From assembly GCF_900289195.1 (NCBI RefSeq), contig NZ_OMOH01000002.1, positions 1,206 through 33,205 on the forward strand: 32,000 nt of DNA, in the 5' to 3' direction. The DNA is from Propionibacterium ruminifibrarum. GTDB lineage: Bacteria > Actinomycetota > Actinomycetes > Propionibacteriales > Propionibacteriaceae. Under the pieces are notes generated by a model that made no database searches, was not told where the DNA came from, and worked only from the letters and a program-made list of their open reading frames with translations. Position numbers and translations under genes: made by a program. Below, in pieces: positions 15,381 to 23,766 of the stretch (positions within the stretch are counted from its first letter, which is position 1; the number at the start of each line of letters is the position of its first letter).

Positions 15381-16550
15381 TCAGGCGACCTTCCCGGAGT
15401 AGCCCAGTTCCGCGTCGGACAGGTCCAGGTCGCGTCCGTCGCGGTCGTCCAGCCAGCCGGTCGGCATGACCACCCTGCGGCGCAGCGCGCCCTGACGGCC
15501 GCGCGGCCTGCCCAGGACGCCGGCGGGGTAGGGGCAGTCGGCTCCGGCCTTGGCGACGAGGACGGCGAGCAGTTCGTCGAGACGTTCGAAGGAGTCGATC
15601 ATGCCGAGCGCCTGGCGCAGCTCGCCGCCGACCGGGAAACCCTTGAAGTACCAAGCCATGTGCTTGCGCAGGTCCGTCAGGCCGTGCCGCTCGCCCATCT
15701 GGCGGGCCAGCAGTTCGCCGTGACGGCGCACGGTCCGGCATATCTCGCCGAGCGTGGGCAGGGTCAGGCGCTCGCCGCCGGACATCGCCGCCGCCAGGTC
15801 GGCGAACAGCCAGGGGCGGCCCAGGCAGCCGCGACCGACCTCGACACCGGCGCAGCCGGTGCGCTCCATCATGGCCAGTGCATCGCCTGCCTCCCAGATG
15901 TCGCCGTTGCCGAGCACCGGGATGTCGACCTCGCTCACGAGGTCGGCGATGACATCCCAGTGGGCATGGCCGGAGTAGGCCTCCTCGACGGTGCGGGCGT
16001 GCAGGCAGATCGCCGCCGCCCCCGCCTCCTGGGCTATCCGGGCGACGTCGCGCCATGTGGTGTGGTCGTCGTCGATGCCGATCCGGGTCTTGACGGTCAC
16101 GGGCACGCCGTGACGGTCCCCGGCCCGGACCGCCGCGGTGATGATCTCGCGCACGAGCCCGGTCTTCCAGGGCAGGACTCCCCCACCGCCCTTGCGCGTG
16201 ACCTTGGGCACCGGGCACCCGAAGTTCAGGTCGACGTGGTCTGCGCCGTGCCGGGTGCACAGCAGTTCGACGGCCCTGGCCACGACGGGAGGGTTCGTGC
16301 CATAGGTCTGGACACTGCGGATGCGTTCGTCGTCGAAGAAGGTGAGCATGGCCCCCGCGCGCCGGTCCGCGCAGACCAGGCCGCGGCTGGTGACCATCTC
16401 GCAGATGCACAGCCCGGCCCCCTGTTCCTGGCAGAGCGTGCGGAAGGCGGCGTTGGTGACCCCGGCCATCGGGGCCAGGACGACCGGGGTCTCGATCTCG
16501 ACGCGACCGCCCGAGGGCGAGGTGAGAACGAGGGGTTCGACGCGTGGCAC
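15381..16550 (-). CDS. dus: tRNA-dihydrouridine synthase
   Basis: VVLAPMAGVTNAAFRTL, VDLNFGCPVPKVTRKGGG, VTVKTRIG, ICLHARTVEEAYSGHAHW, GNGDIW, VGRGCLGRPWLF. The start codon is GTG. Confidence 0.9.
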   Translation of the reverse strand: MPRVEPLVLTSPSGGRVEIETPVVLAPMAGVTNAAFRTLCQEQGAGLCICEMVTSRGLVCADRRAGAMLTFFDDERIRSVQTYGTNPPVVARAVELLCTRHGADHVDLNFGCPVPKVTRKGGGGVLPWKTGLVREIITAAVRAGDRHGVPVTVKTRIGIDDDHTTWRDVARIAQEAGAAAICLHARTVEEAYSGHAHWDVIADLVSEVDIPVLGNGDIWEAGDALAMMERTGCAGVEVGRGCLGRPWLFADLAAAMSGGERLTLPTLGEICRTVRRHGELLARQMGERHGLTDLRKHMAWYFKGFPVGGELRQALGMIDSFERLDELLAVLVAKAGADCPYPAGVLGRPRGRQGALRRRVVMPTGWLDDRDGRDLDLSDAELGYSGKVA

Positions 16551-16559
16551 CCGTCAAGC

Positions 16560-16775
16560 TTAGGCGGTGGGGAACGCCACGGGTTCGGCGCGGAACGCCC
16601 GATGACCGGTACCGCGGCCGGAATCCGCCCAGACCACTGCGGGCACCCCGGTCCGGCGGTCGTCGCGCAGGGCGAACACGCGCGGCACGGACCACTGGTG
16701 AACCGTGCCGGGCGGGGGCGGTTCCGGCTCGGCGGCCGCCCCGCCCGTCTCCGCGAGCGGGGCGGCCGCCGGCAC
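16560..16775 (-). CDS. possible small protein (up to 71 aa), function unknown
   Basis: This ORF fills the adh-dus gap and has about 85-90% G/C at third positions. Its TAA stop lies 9 nt before the dus GTG. I recognise no motif. Confidence 0.3.
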   Translation of the reverse strand: MPAAAPLAETGGAAAEPEPPPPGTVHQWSVPRVFALRDDRRTGVPAVVWADSGRGTGHRAFRAEPVAFPTA

Positions 16776-16778
16776 GGT

Positions 16779-17834
16779 TCAGACGGTGATGACCGGTTTG
16801 ATCAGGTCCCGCGGCTTCTGCCGCATCAGTTCGACCCCGTCCTCGACATGCTCCAGACCCGTGAACCGGTGGGTGATCATCTTCTCCGGGTGGATCCGGC
16901 CGGCCAGCACCAGCTCGGTCATGCGCTCCATCCGGCGCCTGCCACCAGGGGTCAGGCCACCGACGAGGTGCTTGTGGCCCATGCCCACCAGGAACGACTC
17001 GCGGCTGATCCGCAGCGCATCGCCCTCACCCAGGTAGTTGACGTTGCCGATCCGCCCGCCTGGCTTCAGGACGTCGAAGGCCTGCTGGAAGGTCCCGAGG
17101 TCGCCGCCGGCGACGACGACCCGGTCGACGCCCCGGCCCCCGGTCGCCTCCATGATCTGCTCGACGATGTCGCCCTCGCGATAGTTGACGATGTCGGTGG
17201 CGCCGAACTGCTTCGCCACCTCGATGCACGTGGGACGCGAGCCCACTGCGAACAACCTGCCCGCACCGAGGATCGCCGCCCCGGCGACCGACATGAGCCC
17301 CACCGGCCCGATGCCGATCACCACCGTCGTATCGCCCGGCCGGATCTGGGCCAGCTCGGCTCCGTGCAGACCCGTCGTCGCCATGTCCGACAGCATCGCA
17401 CCGGTCTCGGCGGGAATGCCCTCGGGCAGCACGGCGAGATTGGCGTCCGCGTCATTGACATGAATGAACTCTGCGAACACGCCGTCCTTGGTGTTCGAGA
17501 ACTTCCAGCCGCCCAGCGCGCCGCCCGAGTGCATCGGGTAGCCGTCCTGCGCAGCGATCGAGGACCAGTCCGGGGTGATCGCCGGGATGATCACCCGGTC
17601 ACCCACCTTGATGTCGCGCACCGACGTGCCGACCTCGACGACTTCGCCGACCGCCTCGTGGCCGAGCACCATGTCATGGCGCTCACCGACCCCGCCCTCG
17701 TACACGGTGTGAATGTCGGACGAGCACGGCGCCAACGCCACCGGACGGCACACCGCGTCCAATGGCCCGCACACCGGCTCGGCCTTCTCGATCCAACCGG
17801 CCTCACCGATCCTCAACATGGCGTAACCCTTCAC
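16779..17834 (-). CDS. adh: NADP-dependent zinc-type secondary alcohol dehydrogenase (Thermoanaerobacter brockii / Clostridium beijerinckii ADH type)
   Basis: 351 aa, collinear with TbSADH as remembered: MKGYAMLRIGEAGWIEK...APCSSDIHTV...ERHDMVLGHEAVGEVVEVG...GWKFSN.KDGVFAEFIHVNDAD.NLA.LP...GIGPVGLM.VAGA...GGRRRMERM...KPRDLIKPVI. The GTG start is preceded by GAGGAGG. Confidence 0.9.
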   Translation of the reverse strand: MKGYAMLRIGEAGWIEKAEPVCGPLDAVCRPVALAPCSSDIHTVYEGGVGERHDMVLGHEAVGEVVEVGTSVRDIKVGDRVIIPAITPDWSSIAAQDGYPMHSGGALGGWKFSNTKDGVFAEFIHVNDADANLAVLPEGIPAETGAMLSDMATTGLHGAELAQIRPGDTTVVIGIGPVGLMSVAGAAILGAGRLFAVGSRPTCIEVAKQFGATDIVNYREGDIVEQIMEATGGRGVDRVVVAGGDLGTFQQAFDVLKPGGRIGNVNYLGEGDALRISRESFLVGMGHKHLVGGLTPGGRRRMERMTELVLAGRIHPEKMITHRFTGLEHVEDGVELMRQKPRDLIKPVITV

Positions 17835-18179
17835 GATGCCTCCTCACGCAACAGAACTCGAAGGGGTTGGGTGTTGACCCGTGTCAGAGCCGGCGGTGTT
17901 CGTAACCCGCGGGCTCCGCCGCGGTCGGTACGGCGGCAACGTCGCCACCGGACATGAGCTGAGCCTAATGGATCAACCCCGGCCAGAGCCATGGGCGGCT
18001 GCGGGTCGTCGCCTGCCCCGCCGCGCCGAAACCCCCTTGCCGGGGCACGAACGGCGGGCACCGAGGGGGCTGGGGCTCAGACAGCCGATGCCGTGCCGAA
18101 GGAGGAACCGATCAGGCAGGGTTTGTCGCCTGCCCGGTGGCGTGCGACGGCCGGCAGGGTACGGCCCCGACCGGCCTCC

Positions 18180-19928
18180 TCACTGTTCCTCGCGGTACAT
18201 CTGCATGCGCAGCTCAAGGCTCGTCTGGTCGGCGTCGAGCAGACGCAGCATGGCGGTGAGTCCGGCCGGGCTGTACTTGCCCGTCTGGTTCACCCTCAGC
18301 AGGGTCTCGCGCTGGGCCTTCACGGCCCGCAGGGCGTGTTCGCCGGCCACGCCGGCCAGGTGCCTGTCCTGGGAGCTCAGCCGGCCCGTACGGGCCCTGC
18401 CGAGCAGGTTCTCCGCCCGAGTCACGAGCGCGGACTCGTCGTTCTCGTCGGCGTCGAGGATCGTCGCGCCCCGGCCAGCACCGGCCTCGCGCAGTTCGGC
18501 GGGCGGGGGCACGCGGGCCGCCGCCTCGTGCATGATCTCCCGCAGCTCGGCCCTCTCCTGGGCCGATGCCCGCGCGGCCTGCGCAGGACGCACGAGCCGA
18601 ACGAAGGCGCCCAGCGAACCGCCCTGCGCGACCAGTGAGATCGAGGCGACGAAGAAGGCGATGAGGATCATCACCGGCCGCCCGGGCAGATCAGTCGGCA
18701 GGGTCTGGGCCGCGGCGACGGTCACGGCACCGCGCATGCCGGCCCAGACGATGGTCGCCCCCTCGCGGGCGCCTAGACGTTCCTGGGTGTAGTAGTCGAT
18801 GTCTGCCAGCGCCCGTTCCATGCGCAGGGCGAGCCACGCCGCCCTGCGCCGCTGCCGCCGCGTGACCGGGCGTTCGGGCCGGTCACGGTGGTGGGCGCCC
18901 ATCAGGGTCCTGACGGTCGACGTGCGCCGGGCACGCCGGGCCGCGTGGCGGCGGGCCACGACGAGCATGAGGGCGACGACGCAGGCCCGGGCGGCCAGGA
19001 CCACCGCGATGACGATCACCGACAGCACGAGAATCCTCCCCAGTGGCGCCTGCTCGTCATCGGCCAGTGCGGCCGGCAGCTGGAGCCCCATGAGCAGGAA
19101 GACGCTCGATTCGAGCACGAGCGAGATCTCGGCCCAGGTCGTCCGGTTCGCCGACCGCTGGGATGGTGTCAGCAGCGAGGTCGAGCGGTATCCCTCGACG
19201 AGTCCGCAGACGACAGCCGCGATGAGGCCTGATCCCCCGATGTGCTCGACCAGGAGAAAGGCCGCGTACGGCGTGGCCAGTGACATGAGCATGTCGGTCG
19301 TCACCGACGAGCTGCGGGCCCGGAGCCAGAGCACCTCGTTGCCGACGATCAGGCCGACCACGACGGCGGATATCACTGCCCAGAAGAACGAGCCCACCAC
19401 CTGCCCGGCCGTGACCTGCCCCGTCGTGGCCACGAGGGCGGAGGACATCACGACGAGCGCCGAGGCGTCATTGACCAGGCCCTCGCCCTCGAGAACAGAG
19501 ATGACGCGCTGGCTGACGCCGGCCTTGCGGGTGATCGACGTGGCCACGGCATCGGTCGGGCTGACGATGGCTCCCAGGGCGATGGCCGCCGCCAGCCCCA
19601 GGCCGGGCACGATCGCGTGCAGAACCAGCCCGACGGCGACTGCCGTAGCGATGACGAGCAGCACCGACAATGCCGCGATGGGACCGAGATTGCGCCGGAA
19701 CTCCAGCAGCGGCATCCTCACCGCCGAGGCGTACAGGAATCCCGGCAGGATCAGTTGAAGGATGATGTCGGGGTCGGCGTGCAGAGCCGGCACGGCGGGG
19801 ATCGTCGCAACCCCCGTGCCCAGAACGAGCAGCACCACGGGGGCGACCAGCCCGGCCCACTCGGCCAGCCGGTCGCTCAGCGCGATGACGAACAGTGCGG
19901 CGACACCGATGAGCAGGACGACATCCAC
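18180..19928 (-). CDS. Na+/H+ antiporter (CPA1/NhaP-type) with a C-terminal cytoplasmic domain
   Basis: 582 aa with 10-12 predicted TM helices. Motifs: LGAIVSPTDAVA, VLEGEGLVNDASALV, WAGMRGAVTVAAA. Confidence 0.88.
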   Translation of the reverse strand: MDVVLLIGVAALFVIALSDRLAEWAGLVAPVVLLVLGTGVATIPAVPALHADPDIILQLILPGFLYASAVRMPLLEFRRNLGPIAALSVLLVIATAVAVGLVLHAIVPGLGLAAAIALGAIVSPTDAVATSITRKAGVSQRVISVLEGEGLVNDASALVVMSSALVATTGQVTAGQVVGSFFWAVISAVVVGLIVGNEVLWLRARSSSVTTDMLMSLATPYAAFLLVEHIGGSGLIAAVVCGLVEGYRSTSLLTPSQRSANRTTWAEISLVLESSVFLLMGLQLPAALADDEQAPLGRILVLSVIVIAVVLAARACVVALMLVVARRHAARRARRTSTVRTLMGAHHRDRPERPVTRRQRRRAAWLALRMERALADIDYYTQERLGAREGATIVWAGMRGAVTVAAAQTLPTDLPGRPVMILIAFFVASISLVAQGGSLGAFVRLVRPAQAARASAQERAELREIMHEAAARVPPPAELREAGAGRGATILDADENDESALVTRAENLLGRARTGRLSSQDRHLAGVAGEHALRAVKAQRETLLRVNQTGKYSPAGLTAMLRLLDADQTSLELRMQMYREEQ

Positions 19929-19982
19929 GCCGAACGATTATCCACTCCGCGGCAAGGGCAGCGGCGCACCGAGCCGGGGACG

Positions 19983-20020
19983 CTCGTGGGGCCCGGCGCC
20001 GAAGCACCGAGCCCCACGAG
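19983..20020 (-). terminator. stem-loop terminator candidate downstream of sdhB
   Basis: CTCGTGGGGC (19983-19992) and GCCCCACGAG (20011-20020) form a 10-bp perfect stem with a partly paired interior, 24 nt after the sdhB stop. Confidence 0.45.
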
Positions 20021-20043
20021 TCTCAATCGATCGGACAGACGGA

Positions 20044-20802
20044 TCAGGTCTCACGCGAGTGACGGCCGCGCAGCACCGAGCGCCAGCGCTCCTTGTTCAC
20101 CGTGGCAATGGCGGTCAGCGAGATGCCTGCCGGGCAGGACACCGCGCACTCGCCGTACAGCGAGCACGGGCCGAAGTTCTCGTCGAGCATGGAGACCATC
20201 TTGCGGGCCCGGCGGCTGCGCTCCTGCTTGCCCTGCGGCATCTTGGCCAGGTGGGCGAGCTTGGCGCCGGCGAACAGCATGGCCGCGCCGTTCGGGCAGG
20301 CCGCGACGCAGGCGCCGCAGCCGATGCAGATGGCGTAGTCCATGGCCTGCTCGGCCGTCAGGTGATCCTGCGGCACGGTGTCGGCGTCCGGGGCGGTACC
20401 GGTCATGACGTTGACGTGACCGGCGGCCTCGACGAGCTCGTCGAGAGCCGCCCGGTCGATCGCGAGGTCGCGGATGACCGGGAAGGCCGCCGAGCGGAAG
20501 GGCTCGATCGTGAAGTGCGTGACCTCGGGGAACGAGCGCAGGTGCTGGCGACAGGCCGGCGTGTTGGCCAGCGGGCCGTGCGGTTTGCCGTTGACGAGGA
20601 AACCGCAGCAGCCACAGACGCCCTCGCGGCAGTCCGACTCGAAGACGATCGGCTCACCGCCGGCCTCAACGATCTCGTCGTTGAGCTGGTCGAGCATCTC
20701 GAGGAGGCTGAGCTCGGGCTCGACGTCCTCCATGACGTGGGTCTCGAAGTAACCCTCGGCGTCGGGTCCGTCCTGGCGCCAGATATCGAGTGTGACCTTC
20801 AT
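20044..20802 (-). CDS. sdhB: succinate dehydrogenase/fumarate reductase iron-sulfur subunit
   Basis: From ATG 20802: MKVTLDIWRQDGPD.... The 2Fe-2S motif is CREGVCGCCG, and the 4Fe-4S/3Fe-4S motifs are CIGCGACVAACP and CSLYGECAVSCP. There is an ATGA start/stop overlap with sdhA. Confidence 0.92.
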   Translation of the reverse strand: MKVTLDIWRQDGPDAEGYFETHVMEDVEPELSLLEMLDQLNDEIVEAGGEPIVFESDCREGVCGCCGFLVNGKPHGPLANTPACRQHLRSFPEVTHFTIEPFRSAAFPVIRDLAIDRAALDELVEAAGHVNVMTGTAPDADTVPQDHLTAEQAMDYAICIGCGACVAACPNGAAMLFAGAKLAHLAKMPQGKQERSRRARKMVSMLDENFGPCSLYGECAVSCPAGISLTAIATVNKERWRSVLRGRHSRET

Positions 20803-22913
20803 CGGTAATCCCTCACCTGCAGATCGATCAGCGAGAAGTTGAGCGGCTCGCTGTGGCGGACATGGGTGCCATCGGGACGAGTCTCCCATGCGGAGACGGC
20901 GCACCAGTCGTCGTCGTTCCGCTTGGCCTCGCCTTCGGGGGTGGCGTACTCGGTGCGGAAGTGCGCACCGGAGGACTCGCGGCGGTCCAGGGCGTCGAGG
21001 ACCATGACCTCTGCCAGCTCCAGGAAGTCGGCCACCCGGCCGGCCTTCTCGAGCTCCTGGTTGAGACGGTTGTCGGAGCCGACGACCTTCACGTCGCGCC
21101 AGAACTCCTCACGCAGCTCGCGGATCTCGCCGAGGGCCTTGACGAGGCCCGCCTCGTCACGGCTCACGCCACAGCCCTCGTAGAGGATGTCACCCAGGCG
21201 GCGGTGGAACCACTCGGGACGGCGGGTGCCGTTGTTGTTCGTCAGCTTGTTGATGCGTTCCTCGACGTAGGCGATCGACTCGCGCACCTCGGGGGCCTCG
21301 GTGGACAGGACGGGCTTGCCGACGAAACCGGCGAGGTAGTTCGGCACCGAGAGCGGCAGGGTGAACCAGCCGTCGACGCTGGCCGACAGGAGCGAGTTGG
21401 CGCCCAGACGGTTCGCGCCGTGGTAGTTGTTCGACGCCTCACCGCCGACGAACAGGCCGGGGATGTTGCTCATCTGGTCGAAGTCGACCCACAGGCCACC
21501 CATGGCGAAGTGGGCGCCGGGGGCGATGCGCATCGGCACCTCGTACGGGTCCTCGCCCGTGCAGTCGAGGTACATGTCGAACAGGTTGCCGTAGCGCTCC
21601 TTGATCGTCGCCTTGCCCAGTCGGTTGATGGCGTCCTTGAAGTCCAGGTACACCGAGTTGTGCAGCGGGCCGACACCGTGACCGGACTCGATCTGGGTGC
21701 GGGCGTTGCGGGAGGCCACGTCACGCGGGGTGAGGTTGCCGAACGAGGGGTACTTGCGCTCCAGGTAGTAGTCGCGCTCGTCCTCGGGGATCTCATTGGC
21801 GGGCCGGTCGTCGCCGGCCTTCTTCGGCACCCAGATGCGCCCGTCGTTGCGCAGCGACTCCGACATCAGCGTCGTCTTGGACTGCCAGTGCTGGCTGACC
21901 GGGAGAGCTGTCGGGTGGAACTGCAGGAAGCAGGGGCTGGCGAAGTAGGCGCCGTGACGATGCGCCCGCCACGTCGCCGTGGCGTTCGATCCCTTGGCCA
22001 GCGTCGACCAGTGGTAGACCGAGCCGTAGCCGCCGGTGCAGAGCACGACCACGTGCGCCGTCCAGCCACGGATCTCACCGGTGAGCAGGTCACGGGTGAT
22101 GATGCCCTGCGCACGACCGTCGGCCACGACCAGGTCGAGCATCTCCATGCGGTTGTGCATCTTCACGGTGCCGGCGTCGATCTGCTCCTCGAGCGCCTGG
22201 TAACAGGCGACCTCGAGCTGCTGACCGGTCTCGCCACGGGTGTAGTAGGTGCGCGAGACCTGCACGCCGCCGAACGAGCGGGTGGCCAGCTGGCCGCCGT
22301 ACTCGCGGGCGAACGGGGCACCGATGGCGTACATGTGGTCGATGACCTTGACCGACTCGATACCCAGGCGGACGGCGTCGGCCTCGCGGCCGCGGTAGTC
22401 GCCGCCCTTGACGGTGTCCTTGACGAAGCGCTTGAGCGAGTCGCCGTCGATCTTTCGGGCGCGGGCCGAGTTGATGCCGCCCTGGGCGGCCACCGAGTGG
22501 GCGCGGCGCGGCGAGTCGTGGAAGGAGAAGCAGTCGACGTCGTAGCCGAGCTGGCCGAGCGTCGCCGCGGCGCCGGAGCCGGACAGGCCGGTGCCGACGA
22601 CGATGACCTTCATCTTGCGGCGGTTGGCCGGGTTGACCAGCTTGTACTCGTCCTGGCGGCGCGCCCAGGCGGTCAGCGGATCGCCCTCGGGGACGTTGGC
22701 GTCGAGCTCGGGCCCGACCTCGTAACCGGCGGCCTTCTGTGCCGGGCCGAGGATGTCACGGTTGCGCGGGGCGTCATTGGGGCGGACGAAGGGACGTCCG
22801 GAACCGTGATCGCCGGAGGCGGCTGCTGGCGGGGCCGCCGGGGCCGCAGCTGGCGTCGTGACGTCGAGCTTGTCCGCCACGGCACCGATGACGTTCTTGA
22901 TGATGTTGGTCAT
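20799..22913 (-). CDS. sdhA: succinate dehydrogenase/fumarate reductase flavoprotein subunit (Bacteroides/Bacillus QFR type) with an N-terminal extension
   Basis: KLVNPANRRKMKVIVVGTGLSGSGAAA, SPRRAHSVAAQGGIN, VKGGDYRGRE, HPTAL, GLFVGGEASNNYHGANRLGANSLL, ESSGAHFR. The start ATG 22913 overlaps the sdhC stop (ATGA). Confidence 0.92.
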   Translation of the reverse strand: MTNIIKNVIGAVADKLDVTTPAAAPAAPPAAASGDHGSGRPFVRPNDAPRNRDILGPAQKAAGYEVGPELDANVPEGDPLTAWARRQDEYKLVNPANRRKMKVIVVGTGLSGSGAAATLGQLGYDVDCFSFHDSPRRAHSVAAQGGINSARARKIDGDSLKRFVKDTVKGGDYRGREADAVRLGIESVKVIDHMYAIGAPFAREYGGQLATRSFGGVQVSRTYYTRGETGQQLEVACYQALEEQIDAGTVKMHNRMEMLDLVVADGRAQGIITRDLLTGEIRGWTAHVVVLCTGGYGSVYHWSTLAKGSNATATWRAHRHGAYFASPCFLQFHPTALPVSQHWQSKTTLMSESLRNDGRIWVPKKAGDDRPANEIPEDERDYYLERKYPSFGNLTPRDVASRNARTQIESGHGVGPLHNSVYLDFKDAINRLGKATIKERYGNLFDMYLDCTGEDPYEVPMRIAPGAHFAMGGLWVDFDQMSNIPGLFVGGEASNNYHGANRLGANSLLSASVDGWFTLPLSVPNYLAGFVGKPVLSTEAPEVRESIAYVEERINKLTNNNGTRRPEWFHRRLGDILYEGCGVSRDEAGLVKALGEIRELREEFWRDVKVVGSDNRLNQELEKAGRVADFLELAEVMVLDALDRRESSGAHFRTEYATPEGEAKRNDDDWCAVSAWETRPDGTHVRHSEPLNFSLIDLQVRDYR

Positions 22914-23671
22914 GAGATCACCCCAAACAGGACGAGCATGGGCAGGGCCCCGTTGCAAACCATGATGATCAGAGCAATGAGCAGGAAGGCGATCAGCCAG
23001 ATCTTGCGCAGGCGCGGCCCGGTGCCGCCGAAGTCATTGATGGCGTTCCAGCCGCCCTGACCGATGTGCAGGGCGACGACGACCATGAGAAGCGTGTAGA
23101 AGGCGGCCATCCACGGACGGGAGAAGCTCGCGACGAGGTTCTCGTACGCGTGGGCATGGACGACCATCTGGTTGCCCACCATCTCGTACGTGGCCTCCTC
23201 GAACTCCGAACTGGCGACGCCGCGGCCGATCGTGAGGTCGAGCAGGTGGACGATGATGAACACGAAGAGCAGGACGCCCTCGACGACCATGTACTTGGCG
23301 AACCACGCCTTCTTCTTCATGCCCTTGCGGGAGAACTTGCCGCGCGCCTTGCGTCCACGGGCGTGGATCGTCAGGCCGGCCCACACGTGCAGGATGAGGC
23401 TGACACCCAGCGCCAGGCGCATGACCCACAGCAGGCCCTCGTAGGGCAGGAACGGGAAGAGGAAGGTGCGCAGGAAGGCCGCGTACGCGTTGTAGTCCTC
23501 AGCGCCAAGGAACAGCTTGAGGTTACCGACCATGTGGACAAAGACGAAGAGAACGAAGATCGTGCCCGTGGCGGCCATGATCAGCTTCAGGGTCACGTTC
23601 GACGGATGCTGGTTCAGCTTCGGCCGGACGACCGTGTCCCCCTGTCCCCGCGCCTTCTCGATGACGCTCAT
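22910..23671 (-). CDS. sdhC: succinate dehydrogenase/fumarate reductase cytochrome b subunit (five-helix b558 type)
   Basis: A 253-aa membrane protein upstream of sdhA/B, with His residues in the helices (FVHMVGNL, LILHVWAG, IIVHLLD, VALHIGQG). GGAG lies upstream of the ATG. Confidence 0.85.
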   Translation of the reverse strand: MSVIEKARGQGDTVVRPKLNQHPSNVTLKLIMAATGTIFVLFVFVHMVGNLKLFLGAEDYNAYAAFLRTFLFPFLPYEGLLWVMRLALGVSLILHVWAGLTIHARGRKARGKFSRKGMKKKAWFAKYMVVEGVLLFVFIIVHLLDLTIGRGVASSEFEEATYEMVGNQMVVHAHAYENLVASFSRPWMAAFYTLLMVVVALHIGQGGWNAINDFGGTGPRLRKIWLIAFLLIALIIMVCNGALPMLVLFGVIS

Positions 23672-23766
23672 GAGTTACTCCAATCGGGTGATGAATTGGT
23701 CATACCATATGCCCTTCACCGGGGGCTCGCAGCACTGGGGCGCACCTTTTGGGACGATTTGCAGAC

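Noticed and set aside
15337-16695. Upstream part of the 841-aa track ORF (14170..16695) that would fuse extra sequence onto dgt
   Set aside because: That part overlaps dus in another frame and is Arg/Pro/Gly-rich. HD-domain homology starts only after about 15250, so dgt is called as 14170..15336.
15660-17957. 765-aa ORF on the plus strand across dus and adh
   Set aside because: It is antisense to two well-supported genes and spans their intergenic gap. It is Arg/Gly/Asp/His-rich nonsense sequence.
20853-23060. 735-aa ORF on the plus strand opposite sdhA
   Set aside because: It is antisense to sdhA and has low-complexity Gly/Ala/Val/Asp/Arg composition with no motifs.
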